Positions 1-8,103 of a stretch of 41,283 bases of DNA are shown here, piece after piece. The stretch covers positions 1-41,283 of the forward strand of contig JBBCGN010000003.1 of NCBI GenBank assembly GCA_037200905.1, given 5' to 3'. The notes below the pieces were generated by a model. The model was not told the origin of the DNA. It did no database searches and was given only the letters and a program-made list of their open reading frames with translations. Position 1 is the stretch's first letter. The number at the start of each line of letters is the position of its first letter. The stretch comes from a bacterium (GTDB lineage Bacteria; Patescibacteriota; Minisyncoccia; Phycocordibacterales; UBA9973). Position numbers and translations under genes: made by a program.

Positions 1-669
1 ATGACGATACTTGTTGTAGAAGACGAAAAGAAGCTGACGGCCATACTGAAGCGCGCCCTCCGGGGCGAACGCTATACCGTCGACGCGGCCTTCGACGGCG
101 ACGAAGGCCTGTCGAAGGCCATGAAGAACGATTATTCCCTCATCCTGCTCGACATCATGCTCCCAAAGCGCGACGGCTTCGCGGTCTGCAAGGAGCTGCG
201 TGCCAGGAACATCCACACCCCCATCATCATGCTCACCGCCCGCGGCCTCGTCGAGGACCGCGTGGCCGGGCTCGACATCGGCGCGGATGATTACCTCGTC
301 AAGCCCTTCGGCATGGACGAGCTCTTCGCCCGCATCCGCTCGGTGCTGCGCCGCCGCAAAGTCACATCGCCCGACATCGTCACGTTCGCCGACATCGTCA
401 TGGACCGCAAGAAGCACGAAGTCACCCGCGCCGGCGCCATCGTCCCGCTCACTCCGAAAGAATACAAGCTGCTCGACACGCTGCTCTCGAACCGCGACGA
501 AGCCGTCAACCGCAGGAAGCTCATCGACAATGCCTGGGGTCCGGAATTCAAGGAAGCCGGCAACGAGCTCAACGTGCACATCAAGTATCTCCGCACCAAG
601 CTCGATCGCGGCCAGAAGAAGAGCCTGATCCACACCGTGCGCGGCGTCGGCTTCGTATTGAAAGAGTAA
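1..669 (+). CDS. OmpR/PhoB-family DNA-binding response regulator
   Basis: Receiver domain (ILVVEDE, LLDIMLP, MLTAR, GADDYLVKPF) plus winged-helix tail (LTPKEYKLL, HTVRGVGF). Confidence 0.95.
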   Translation: MTILVVEDEKKLTAILKRALRGERYTVDAAFDGDEGLSKAMKNDYSLILLDIMLPKRDGFAVCKELRARNIHTPIIMLTARGLVEDRVAGLDIGADDYLVKPFGMDELFARIRSVLRRRKVTSPDIVTFADIVMDRKKHEVTRAGAIVPLTPKEYKLLDTLLSNRDEAVNRRKLIDNAWGPEFKEAGNELNVHIKYLRTKLDRGQKKSLIHTVRGVGFVLKE

Positions 670-675
670 GTTCCC

Positions 676-700
676 TGTGCTATAGTGCGCACAAAAGGAG
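676..700 (+). promoter_or_regulatory. Extended -10 (TGCTATAGT 678-686) and Shine-Dalgarno (AAGGAG 695-700) for the gene at 709
   Basis: Motifs read directly; SD lies 8 nt before ATG 709. Confidence 0.6.
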
Positions 701-708
701 TTCCTATT

Positions 709-1536
709 ATGTTGAGCCAAAAATTAGAACTGACAGCGAATCTGCGTCAGTCATTGGTCTTGAGCCAAGAACAGCAGCAGAAGCAGTGCGATGACTGGAA
801 CCACGAGATAGCCGGCCCCTGTCCTTTCGCCCCTCACGAGTTCAGGAATAGCAAGAACATCGTCGAGCGGAATATCATCGAGAATCGGAAACTGGGAGAG
901 TTCGCGTCGCAGCAGATGCGGAAAATCTTCGAGCAGAGCAAGAAAGATGCGAAAATTTTCGATTCAGGAGGCATCAAGCGCGTAGTAAACGTAGGCTGGG
1001 GCAAAGGAGATGATTCCAAATGGCTGAATGAAGCCACCCTCGCCGGATACGGGACCGTATGCATCGACGTGGCCTCTATCCCGTGCACGAATGCCCGCCG
1101 GATCCTCGGATTGCGATGGGACAAGATACGCGATCGTCCGTCGCATGTCCCTCCGCCCGAGGTCATCCAAGGAGACATCCGTTCCATACTGCTCGACCCC
1201 GAGCCGGTCGGCCTCGACATCCCTTCCGTGAAGCTCTGGTATTTCTGCCGGACGCTCACCTGCCTCGATCAGGAATCAGCGCATATCGTGCTCAATATCC
1301 TGGGCGAATCGCTCTGCGCCGAGCACAACCGGGACGGGCTGACTACCGTCCTCATCATATCTCCCATGTGGGACTACAATTACGCCCGGGTTTCCCGACG
1401 GACCAAGTTGTACCCCATCAAAGAGATAGTATCCATGCTGTCATACGGAGCAGGATGCGAAGTAGAAGTCGCCGATGACGTGCAGCACATGTATTATGAC
1501 CAGACCTATTCTGCGCTCACGATGCGTGTAAAATAG
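709..1536 (+). CDS. Divergent class I SAM-dependent methyltransferase-fold protein with Gln/Leu-rich, RpoN Region I-like N-terminus
   Basis: Motif I-like VVNVGWGKG, motif II-like VCIDVA, VIQGDI, LWYFCRTLTCL; start moved to ATG 709 because of the SD. Confidence 0.6.
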   Translation: MLSQKLELTANLRQSLVLSQEQQQKQCDDWNHEIAGPCPFAPHEFRNSKNIVERNIIENRKLGEFASQQMRKIFEQSKKDAKIFDSGGIKRVVNVGWGKGDDSKWLNEATLAGYGTVCIDVASIPCTNARRILGLRWDKIRDRPSHVPPPEVIQGDIRSILLDPEPVGLDIPSVKLWYFCRTLTCLDQESAHIVLNILGESLCAEHNRDGLTTVLIISPMWDYNYARVSRRTKLYPIKEIVSMLSYGAGCEVEVADDVQHMYYDQTYSALTMRVK

Positions 1537-1578
1537 ATGGTGGACGAACATATCAAGCTTCTCCACCATCTTTTAATT
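1535..1578 (+). terminator. Intrinsic terminator-like hairpin
   Basis: AGATGGTGGA (1535-1544) pairs with TCCACCATCT (1562-1571), followed by TTTAATT; the loop is long (17 nt). Confidence 0.5.
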
Positions 1579-1585
1579 TACATAT

Positions 1586-2809
1586 ATGATTGCAGACAAA
1601 GTTACAATTTTGAATAAGACCACTCTGGAATGCCTCGACGAATCTGACGAGGCAAAGATCATCCAGCGCTTCACCGAGACGGGCATCCAAGTCCTCGACG
1701 CCGATTTCGGCTTCGTCTGGCTCAATTCTCCGAAATCGCCGGAACTGAAGCTCTCTTACAAGAGCGAGAACGTGCCGTTCACTCCGAACCCGCCGCGCAA
1801 GAACGGCAGGAACCGCAAAGCCATGCGCGCGGGAACGCCGGATTTCGTGGCCGAGACCGACAAGGCTCTGGATTCGCAGTACGTCAGCCGCCATATCAGG
1901 AGCTTCGTCATCATCCCTCTCGTCTACAAGCGGGCGGCCTACGGCAGCATGGTGCTGTGCTTCAAGGCGCATGAGCCTTTCCCGAAAGAGAAAAGGATTC
2001 TCTGCCAATTCATCGGCAACAGCGTGGCCCAGACCATCACTATCTCGAGATTCATCGCGAGCGAGCACGAGGCCCTGGAAAAAGAAGAACGGGCCAAGCG
2101 CGTCGAGCAGGAGCTCAAGGAAGAGACGCTCAAGATGGAGTTCATCGCGAACGCCACGCACGAGCTCCGTACGCCGCTCGCCATCATCCGCGGGAACATC
2201 GACCTCGCGCTCAAAGACAAGGGGAAGATCGCACGGTCGTCTTCGGGCGTGCTCCGCGCCATCGAGCAGGAAGTGAAGCATTTGTCGAACATCCTTTCCG
2301 ACCTCACCATCCTGACGGCCACCAAAGAGCAGTGGAAGAAAGAGCATTTCGACGAGCGCATCAGCCTGAAAAGTCTCCTTGCCGACACCGTCCGCCGCTC
2401 CGGCGTGCTCGCCAAGAAACGCAGCATTTCTCTGGTGATCAAGTCCGTGCCCGATATCGAGATCATCGGCCACCGCATGTACCTGGAAAAGCTTTTCATC
2501 AACTTGGTGGCGAATTCCATCATCTACGGGAACGACGGCGGCAAGACGGTCATCGCTGCGAAGAAGCACAAGGGCGATGTTGTCATCGACGTCGCCGACA
2601 ACGGCATCGGCATATCGCGGGAGGATCTGCCGCACCTCTTCGAGAGATTCTTCCAGGCGGACAAATCGCACTCGACCGGCGGCACCGGCCTCGGCCTCGC
2701 CATCGTCAAATGGATCGCGGACATCCATGGCGGCACCGTGAGCGCCAAAAGCGCCAAGGGCAAAGGCAGCACGTTTCGGGTGGTCATACCGCTATCGGTT
2801 GTAAATTAA
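1586..2809 (+). CDS. Soluble sensor histidine kinase (GAF-like + HisKA + HATPase_c)
   Basis: H-box ATHELRTPL, N-box INLVANS, G1 DNGIGI, F-box FERFFQ, G2 GGTGLGL; no hydrophobic TM segment; GAF-like SFVIIPLVYKRAAYGSMVL. Confidence 0.92.
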   Translation: MIADKVTILNKTTLECLDESDEAKIIQRFTETGIQVLDADFGFVWLNSPKSPELKLSYKSENVPFTPNPPRKNGRNRKAMRAGTPDFVAETDKALDSQYVSRHIRSFVIIPLVYKRAAYGSMVLCFKAHEPFPKEKRILCQFIGNSVAQTITISRFIASEHEALEKEERAKRVEQELKEETLKMEFIANATHELRTPLAIIRGNIDLALKDKGKIARSSSGVLRAIEQEVKHLSNILSDLTILTATKEQWKKEHFDERISLKSLLADTVRRSGVLAKKRSISLVIKSVPDIEIIGHRMYLEKLFINLVANSIIYGNDGGKTVIAAKKHKGDVVIDVADNGIGISREDLPHLFERFFQADKSHSTGGTGLGLAIVKWIADIHGGTVSAKSAKGKGSTFRVVIPLSVVN

Positions 2810-2873
2810 TTTAATATTAAAATTTATAAACAGCTTATTCACTTATTTTGCCCTATTTTGGGCTTTTTTCGTA

Positions 2874-2918
2874 TTGACAGGCATATTTGAGAGAATATAA
2901 TATTAAAGTTAGATTAAA
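2874..2918 (+). promoter_or_regulatory. Sigma70 promoter followed by ATTAAA-N5-ATTAAA direct repeat
   Basis: TTGACA 2874-2879, 16-nt spacer, TATAAT 2896-2901; repeat half-sites at 2902-2907 and 2913-2918. Confidence 0.65.
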
Positions 2919-2945
2919 ATTATAAATAATATAACATTTACATTT

Positions 2946-3206
2946 ATGAACAACACATTCGAATCGGGCGCCAGGAATCTCTTGGCGAACTACAGGAAGA
3001 AGATCTTGCATTATACCAATCTGAAGAAGCTCATCATGTGCAGGAAGTGCTACACCTTTTATTACGACAACAGCTGGCACACCGACATGCCCGAGCGCCT
3101 GAAAGAGAACAAACAGGCCGAAGTCGAGGTGCTTTTCACCCAATGCTCCGGCTGCCGCGAAGAGACGGAAGCCTTCGCGCAAAGAAGGCCGCGGTTCGCA
3201 TTCTAA
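2946..3206 (+). CDS. Small putative zinc-ribbon protein (CxxC...WH...CxxC)
   Basis: CRKC and CSGC pairs; own promoter upstream; layout recalls BCAM0308/NMD3-like ribbons. Confidence 0.7.
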   Translation: MNNTFESGARNLLANYRKKILHYTNLKKLIMCRKCYTFYYDNSWHTDMPERLKENKQAEVEVLFTQCSGCREETEAFAQRRPRFAF

Positions 3207-3212
3207 AACAAT

Positions 3213-3398
3213 ATGAAAAATAATACTTTGACCAAAATAATCGTTCCAGCGCTGGCCCTGTTCGCCATCCTTGCCGCCCGCACGTTCATCGACAGTCCCG
3301 CGAACCTGAACAATTACGTAGCCGAAAACGACAGCATCTACAAGTACAATGCCCTCGAGAACAAGACGATCTTCCCCGCTAGTCGCGCAGCTTCTTGA
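3213..3398 (+). CDS. Small hypothetical membrane or exported protein
   Basis: Basic then hydrophobic N-terminus; starts 6 nt after the previous stop. Confidence 0.5.
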   Translation: MKNNTLTKIIVPALALFAILAARTFIDSPANLNNYVAENDSIYKYNALENKTIFPASRAAS

Positions 3399-3597
3399 GC
3401 TCGCTCTCGTACTTCTTCATGACCTCCATGGCAGCCTGATTCTGATCGGCGCCGGCTTTGACTTTGGCCTGTATCTCGTCCGCAATAGCCTTGAAGAGCG
3501 CGGGGTTCTTCTCCATCATCGCGAGGATCGCATCCATCTGCTCTTCCGGCACGCCGTGCTTGCGGAGCATTTTCCTGATTAAAAAATTTCCGAACAT
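3379..3597 (-). CDS. Small helical hypothetical protein (CPR-type)
   Basis: MFGNFLIRKMLRKHGVPEEQMD...; TGCTACTAT 7 nt upstream of ATG 3597; GC3-rich codons. Confidence 0.75.
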   Translation of the reverse strand: MFGNFLIRKMLRKHGVPEEQMDAILAMMEKNPALFKAIADEIQAKVKAGADQNQAAMEVMKKYESELKKLRD

Positions 3598-3697
3598 GTG
3601 GTATATAGTAGCAGAAGGGCCCGTCGAGAGCCAGTACTGATACTGTGCTAAAATATATGGGCACTTTGTAAGATAAGGCAAAGTTAATCCGTCTCAA

Positions 3698-4228
3698 ATG
3701 GCAGAAGAAAAGAACCACAATTTAAACGACCTTTTAGCCAGGTCCTACGGCCAATTCTCGAACGCCATCTTCCGGTACTGCTATTTCCAGACCTCGGACA
3801 GGCAAAAGGCCCTTGATTTCACGCAAGACACCTTCATCAAGACCCTTGAATACCTTGCCGAAGGCAAAGAAGTCGAGAATCTGCGGGCCTTCCTGTACAA
3901 GGTGGCCAGAAACCTGATCATCGACGAACGGCGGAAACGGAAGTCAGAATCCCTTGACCAGATGCAAGACCTGGGGTTTGACGTAAAAAGCGAACAGGAC
4001 GAGAGCGAGGCGCACGAAGACGCATTTGATGCGAACATGGTCATCGAAGTAGTCAACCAGCTCGAGCTCAAGTATCGCGAAGTCATCATGCTCCGATACG
4101 TGGAGGATATGAGCGTCAAAGACATCGCCGCGGTCCTGGGAGACACGGAAAACAACGTTTCGGTAAAGATTCACAGGGGCTTGGAAAAATTGCGCGCCCT
4201 GATGCGCCGCGAAGGCGAAGAAGAATAA
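3698..4228 (+). CDS. ECF-subfamily RNA polymerase sigma factor
   Basis: Region 2 (DFTQDTFIK, LRAFLYKVARNLIID) and region 4 (LRYVEDMSVKDIA, VSVKIHRGLEKLR). Confidence 0.93.
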   Translation: MAEEKNHNLNDLLARSYGQFSNAIFRYCYFQTSDRQKALDFTQDTFIKTLEYLAEGKEVENLRAFLYKVARNLIIDERRKRKSESLDQMQDLGFDVKSEQDESEAHEDAFDANMVIEVVNQLELKYREVIMLRYVEDMSVKDIAAVLGDTENNVSVKIHRGLEKLRALMRREGEEE

Positions 4229-4232
4229 AATC

Positions 4233-5132
4233 ATGAAAGACAGAGTAAAAAACTTCATAGAGATCATCCGCCGCATAAAGATGACGGAAGAAGAGAATGA
4301 AGCTATCCGGGCAAAGGTAGCGGCTTTTGCCGCGTCTCGCGGCGCTCCGGCTCCGGAACCTCGGGCAAAGACCCCTTCTCCTTACTTCCGCCGCTTCTCG
4401 TTCGTCATGGCCGGCAAAGTCGTCGGCTTCGCGGCGCTTTTCGTCATCATCGGCGTGAGCGGCCTCTCCTACGCTTCCGCTTCGGCCCTGCCTGGCGACC
4501 TGCTCTACCCTATCAAGCTCTCCAAGGAGAAGCTTGAGGAGCGATTCGTCTCGACGCCGGAGCAGAAGATCGCTCTCAAGCAGAAAAGGATCGAGACGCG
4601 CTTCAAGGAAGTGGAGACGCTCATCAAGGAGAAGAAGATCACTCCGGAAAACCGCTCTATCGCCGAAGCCAAGATCCAGGAAGACAAGGAAGCCATCGGC
4701 AACGACCTTGAAGAGATCAACAAAGCTGATCCCCAGGCCGCTACCTTGGCCAAGACCACGCTCGACGCTTCGATAGAAGAGCATCAGGAAAAAATCGATG
4801 ATCTGATGGAACAATCGACAGATACCACCAACCCGGATAGTACGACGACCGATACTGATACCGACGCAGACGGCGACGCTGCCGATACTTCAGCAGAGAC
4901 AGATTTCGACGGAGAGAACGATGTCGAACTCGGCACCACTCCCGACGCTACTACCGACGACGGCACTGTTCCTGCGCCAGCTGATGGCACGGATACCGAT
5001 ACTCCTGCCACCAGCAACGGCTCAATCTCCCAGGATCTCAAAGTCACTCCCGACGCTGCTGGTACCGGCACTGCCAACACCACTCCGGCTGCGGCGAATG
5101 CGAACAGCCAGAAAGGCCCCAAGGCTCAATAA
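4233..5132 (+). CDS. DUF5667-type single-TM protein with Thr/Asp-rich tail; probable anti-sigma partner
   Basis: TM segment followed by ASASALPGDLLYPIKL; directly downstream of the ECF sigma. Confidence 0.75.
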   Translation: MKDRVKNFIEIIRRIKMTEEENEAIRAKVAAFAASRGAPAPEPRAKTPSPYFRRFSFVMAGKVVGFAALFVIIGVSGLSYASASALPGDLLYPIKLSKEKLEERFVSTPEQKIALKQKRIETRFKEVETLIKEKKITPENRSIAEAKIQEDKEAIGNDLEEINKADPQAATLAKTTLDASIEEHQEKIDDLMEQSTDTTNPDSTTTDTDTDADGDAADTSAETDFDGENDVELGTTPDATTDDGTVPAPADGTDTDTPATSNGSISQDLKVTPDAAGTGTANTTPAAANANSQKGPKAQ

Positions 5133-5196
5133 GAGGGCTAGCGCGGCGAATACGAGAATTGTTCTCGGCATATGAGCCTATGCTATACTATCCTAT

Positions 5197-6192
5197 ATGA
5201 AAAAGATAGATTTTTTGGCTATCGGAGACATCGTTATCGATGCGTTTATCAGGCTCAAGGACGCTCACGTGCATTGCAAGATCGATTCTGACGCATGCGA
5301 ACTCTGCGTGCGATTCGGCGACAAAATTCCTTTTGAATCCGTCACCGTAGTCCCTGCCGTCGGCAATGGCCCGAACGCCGCCGTTTCTGCGGCCCGTCTT
5401 GGCCTCGCTTCCGCCGCTCTCACCTGGATCGGCGATGATCAGAATGGCAAAGACTGCTTGGAATCCCTGAAGCGTGATAAAGTCATCCGCGATTACGTCA
5501 CCCGCCAGAAGGGCGTGCCTACGAACTACCATTACGTGCTCTGGTACGACGTCGACCGCACTATTTTGATAAAGCATACCGAGTTCGATTACAAGCTGCC
5601 GAAATTGAAGAACATCGGCTGGATGTATCTGACTTCCCTCGCGAACAATTCCCTGCCGTATCAGCTCGAGATCGCGCAGTATCTGAAAGATCATCCCGAG
5701 ACCAAGCTCGCCTTCCAGCCCGGCACCTTCCAGATCAAGCTCGGTACGGAACAATTGAAAGATCTCTACGCCCGCACAGAAATATTCTTCTGCAACCTCG
5801 AAGAGGCTCAGATCATCGTGAACAAGCCCGGCGAAAGAAACGTAGAAGTCCTTTCCAAGGCCCTACTTGAGCACGGCCCGAAGATGGTTTCCATTTCCGA
5901 CGGCCCGAACGGCTCGTATTTCTATACTAACGGCGAACTGTGGCAGCTGCCGATCTATCCCGATATCGCTCCGCCGCTCGACCGCACCGGCGCCGGCGAC
6001 GCATTCGCATCTACATTCACGGCAGGCCTTGCATTAGGCCTCGATCCCCTCGTGGCTTTCTCCTGGGGACCTATCAACTCCATGTCCGTGGTGCAGGAAA
6101 TCGGCGCGCAAAAAGGCCTGCTCTCGCGCAAGCAATTGGAAGAATACGTAGCCAAAGCTCCAGCAGACTATAAGCCGAAAAAGATAAATTAA
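5197..6192 (+). CDS. PfkB/ribokinase-family carbohydrate kinase
   Basis: GNGPNAAVSAARLG and DRTGAGDAFAS signatures. Confidence 0.92.
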   Translation: MKKIDFLAIGDIVIDAFIRLKDAHVHCKIDSDACELCVRFGDKIPFESVTVVPAVGNGPNAAVSAARLGLASAALTWIGDDQNGKDCLESLKRDKVIRDYVTRQKGVPTNYHYVLWYDVDRTILIKHTEFDYKLPKLKNIGWMYLTSLANNSLPYQLEIAQYLKDHPETKLAFQPGTFQIKLGTEQLKDLYARTEIFFCNLEEAQIIVNKPGERNVEVLSKALLEHGPKMVSISDGPNGSYFYTNGELWQLPIYPDIAPPLDRTGAGDAFASTFTAGLALGLDPLVAFSWGPINSMSVVQEIGAQKGLLSRKQLEEYVAKAPADYKPKKIN

Positions 6193-7193
6193 ACTTTCGT
6201 TTTTCTCGCCAGCACTCTCTTCACCGCGCTAGCGATATCCGCCACGCCCATGCCGTAGGCCTTGATGAGCTCGTCGGGAGTGCCCGACTGGCCGAATTTG
6301 TCCTGCACGCCGATGAACTCCATGGCAGTGGGAAAGTTGGCCGCTAAGACTTCTGCGACCGCGCCGCCCATGCCACCCATGATCTGATGCTCTTCCACGG
6401 TGACGATAGCCCGAGTTTCCTTCGCTAACGCGATAATGGCACTAGCGTCGATCGGTTTTATAGATGAGAGGTTCATGACTTTCGCCTTGATGCCTTCGCC
6501 TTCGAGGGCCCTGGCGGCGATGATGGCCCGGTATGCCAAGCCTCCGGTGACGATGATGCCGACGTCCGCCAGGCCCACTTCGGGGATCCAGAATATCTGG
6601 GCTTTGCCGATCTCGAACGGAGTCTCTTCCGTGGTCACCACGGGGGTCTTTTCGCGCGCCAGGCGGATGTATGCGGGGCGCTTGCTCTTGGCCAGGGCCA
6701 AGGTGGCTTTCCTCGCTTCGATAGCGTCACAAGGCGATATGACGTCCATATTGGGCATGGTGCGCATGATGGCCATGTCTTCGAGAGCCTGGTGCGTGCC
6801 GCCGTCAGGGCCCACGGAAATGCCCGCGTGCGAGCCGGCGATGACTACCTTGCGGTCGTTGTACGCGATAGTGGTACGGATCTGTTCCCAGTTGCGGCCG
6901 GGGCTGAACATGGCGTAGGAAGAAACGAAGGGAATCTTGCCCATGGCGGCCATGCCGGAGGCTACGGTGACGAGATTCTGCTCCGCCACGCCGATCTCGA
7001 CATAGCGCTCGGGGAATTTCTCCTTGAACAGGTGCATCTGCGTGCTCTCGGTCAGGTCGGCGCACAGGGCCACCACGTTCTTGTCGAGTTCGCCAGCCGC
7101 CCGCAGGCCTTCGCCGAAACCTTTGCGTATCGGCGCCTGCTCGATCTCGGGAGAGATTATTTTCGGATTCAGTTTTAGTTCGGGGTTAAGCAT
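6189..7193 (-). CDS. Transketolase, C-terminal subunit
   Basis: EIGVAEQN, GPDGGTHQALED, VEEHQIMGGMG. Confidence 0.95.
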   Translation of the reverse strand: MLNPELKLNPKIISPEIEQAPIRKGFGEGLRAAGELDKNVVALCADLTESTQMHLFKEKFPERYVEIGVAEQNLVTVASGMAAMGKIPFVSSYAMFSPGRNWEQIRTTIAYNDRKVVIAGSHAGISVGPDGGTHQALEDMAIMRTMPNMDVISPCDAIEARKATLALAKSKRPAYIRLAREKTPVVTTEETPFEIGKAQIFWIPEVGLADVGIIVTGGLAYRAIIAARALEGEGIKAKVMNLSSIKPIDASAIIALAKETRAIVTVEEHQIMGGMGGAVAEVLAANFPTAMEFIGVQDKFGQSGTPDELIKAYGMGVADIASAVKRVLARKTKV

Positions 7194-8056
7194 TATTGGT
7201 GTTCGCTTTTTATTCTGCCTCCCAATGTGCGCAGTTCCGCAAGCGCTTCAGCCGCTTGCTGCTTGTCGGGCGCCGTGCCATGCCAATGGAAATCGCGCTC
7301 GAACTTCGTCACGCCCTTGCCCGGAATGGTGTGAGCAATGATAACGATCGGCTTCTCGTATATCGCCTTCGCCTCTTCCACCGCTTCGTCGAGGGCCCGG
7401 AAATCGTGCCCGCCCGCTTCGATGACATGCCAGTTGAATGCCCGCCATTTGTCCGCGATTGGCTCGAGGGGCATGACGTCCTCGGTGACGCCGTCAATCT
7501 GGATGTTGTTGCGGTCGACGATGGCGATGAGGTTGCGCAATTTGTGCTTGCCCGCGAGCATCATGGCTTCCCAAGTATTGCCCTCGTCATGCTCGCCGTC
7601 GGACATGAGGCAATAGATATATTTCGAAGTATTCGGGCCGGAATCCATGCGGTCGGCCAAGGCCATGCCCACGGCCTGCGACAGGCCCGAGCCGAGCGGC
7701 CCGGAGCTGTTCTCGAGCATGGGCAGGAACTCGCGGTGCGGATGCCCTTGGAGCCGCGAGCCGAATTTGCGCAGGGTCTTCAGTTCTTCCACGGGAAAAT
7801 AGCCGGCATGAGCCATGGCGGCGTAGAGCACCGGGCAGATGTGGCCGTTCGAGAGCACCAGCCTGTCGCGCTCCGGCCATGAGGGATTCTTCGGATCATG
7901 ATTGAGCGTATGGAAATACAGGAGCGTGAAGATGTCCGCCATGCCGAGCGGGCCGGCCGTATGCCCGGATTTCGCTTCCGCCAGCATCTCTATGATCGAG
8001 ACGCGAATATTATTCGCTTTTTCTTCAAGTTCAAGAACTTTATTTTCTGTGAGCAT
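7193..8056 (-). CDS. Transketolase, N-terminal subunit
   Basis: SGHTAGPLG, RDRLVLSNGH, LQGHP, TPP motif SDGEHDEG...DRN; stop overlaps the start of the C-terminal subunit. Confidence 0.95.
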   Translation of the reverse strand: MLTENKVLELEEKANNIRVSIIEMLAEAKSGHTAGPLGMADIFTLLYFHTLNHDPKNPSWPERDRLVLSNGHICPVLYAAMAHAGYFPVEELKTLRKFGSRLQGHPHREFLPMLENSSGPLGSGLSQAVGMALADRMDSGPNTSKYIYCLMSDGEHDEGNTWEAMMLAGKHKLRNLIAIVDRNNIQIDGVTEDVMPLEPIADKWRAFNWHVIEAGGHDFRALDEAVEEAKAIYEKPIVIIAHTIPGKGVTKFERDFHWHGTAPDKQQAAEALAELRTLGGRIKSEHQ

Positions 8057-8103
8057 AAGATTCAATCCTGCCGTTTTTTCAGCAAGGACTCCCCTTGCTG
8101 AAA

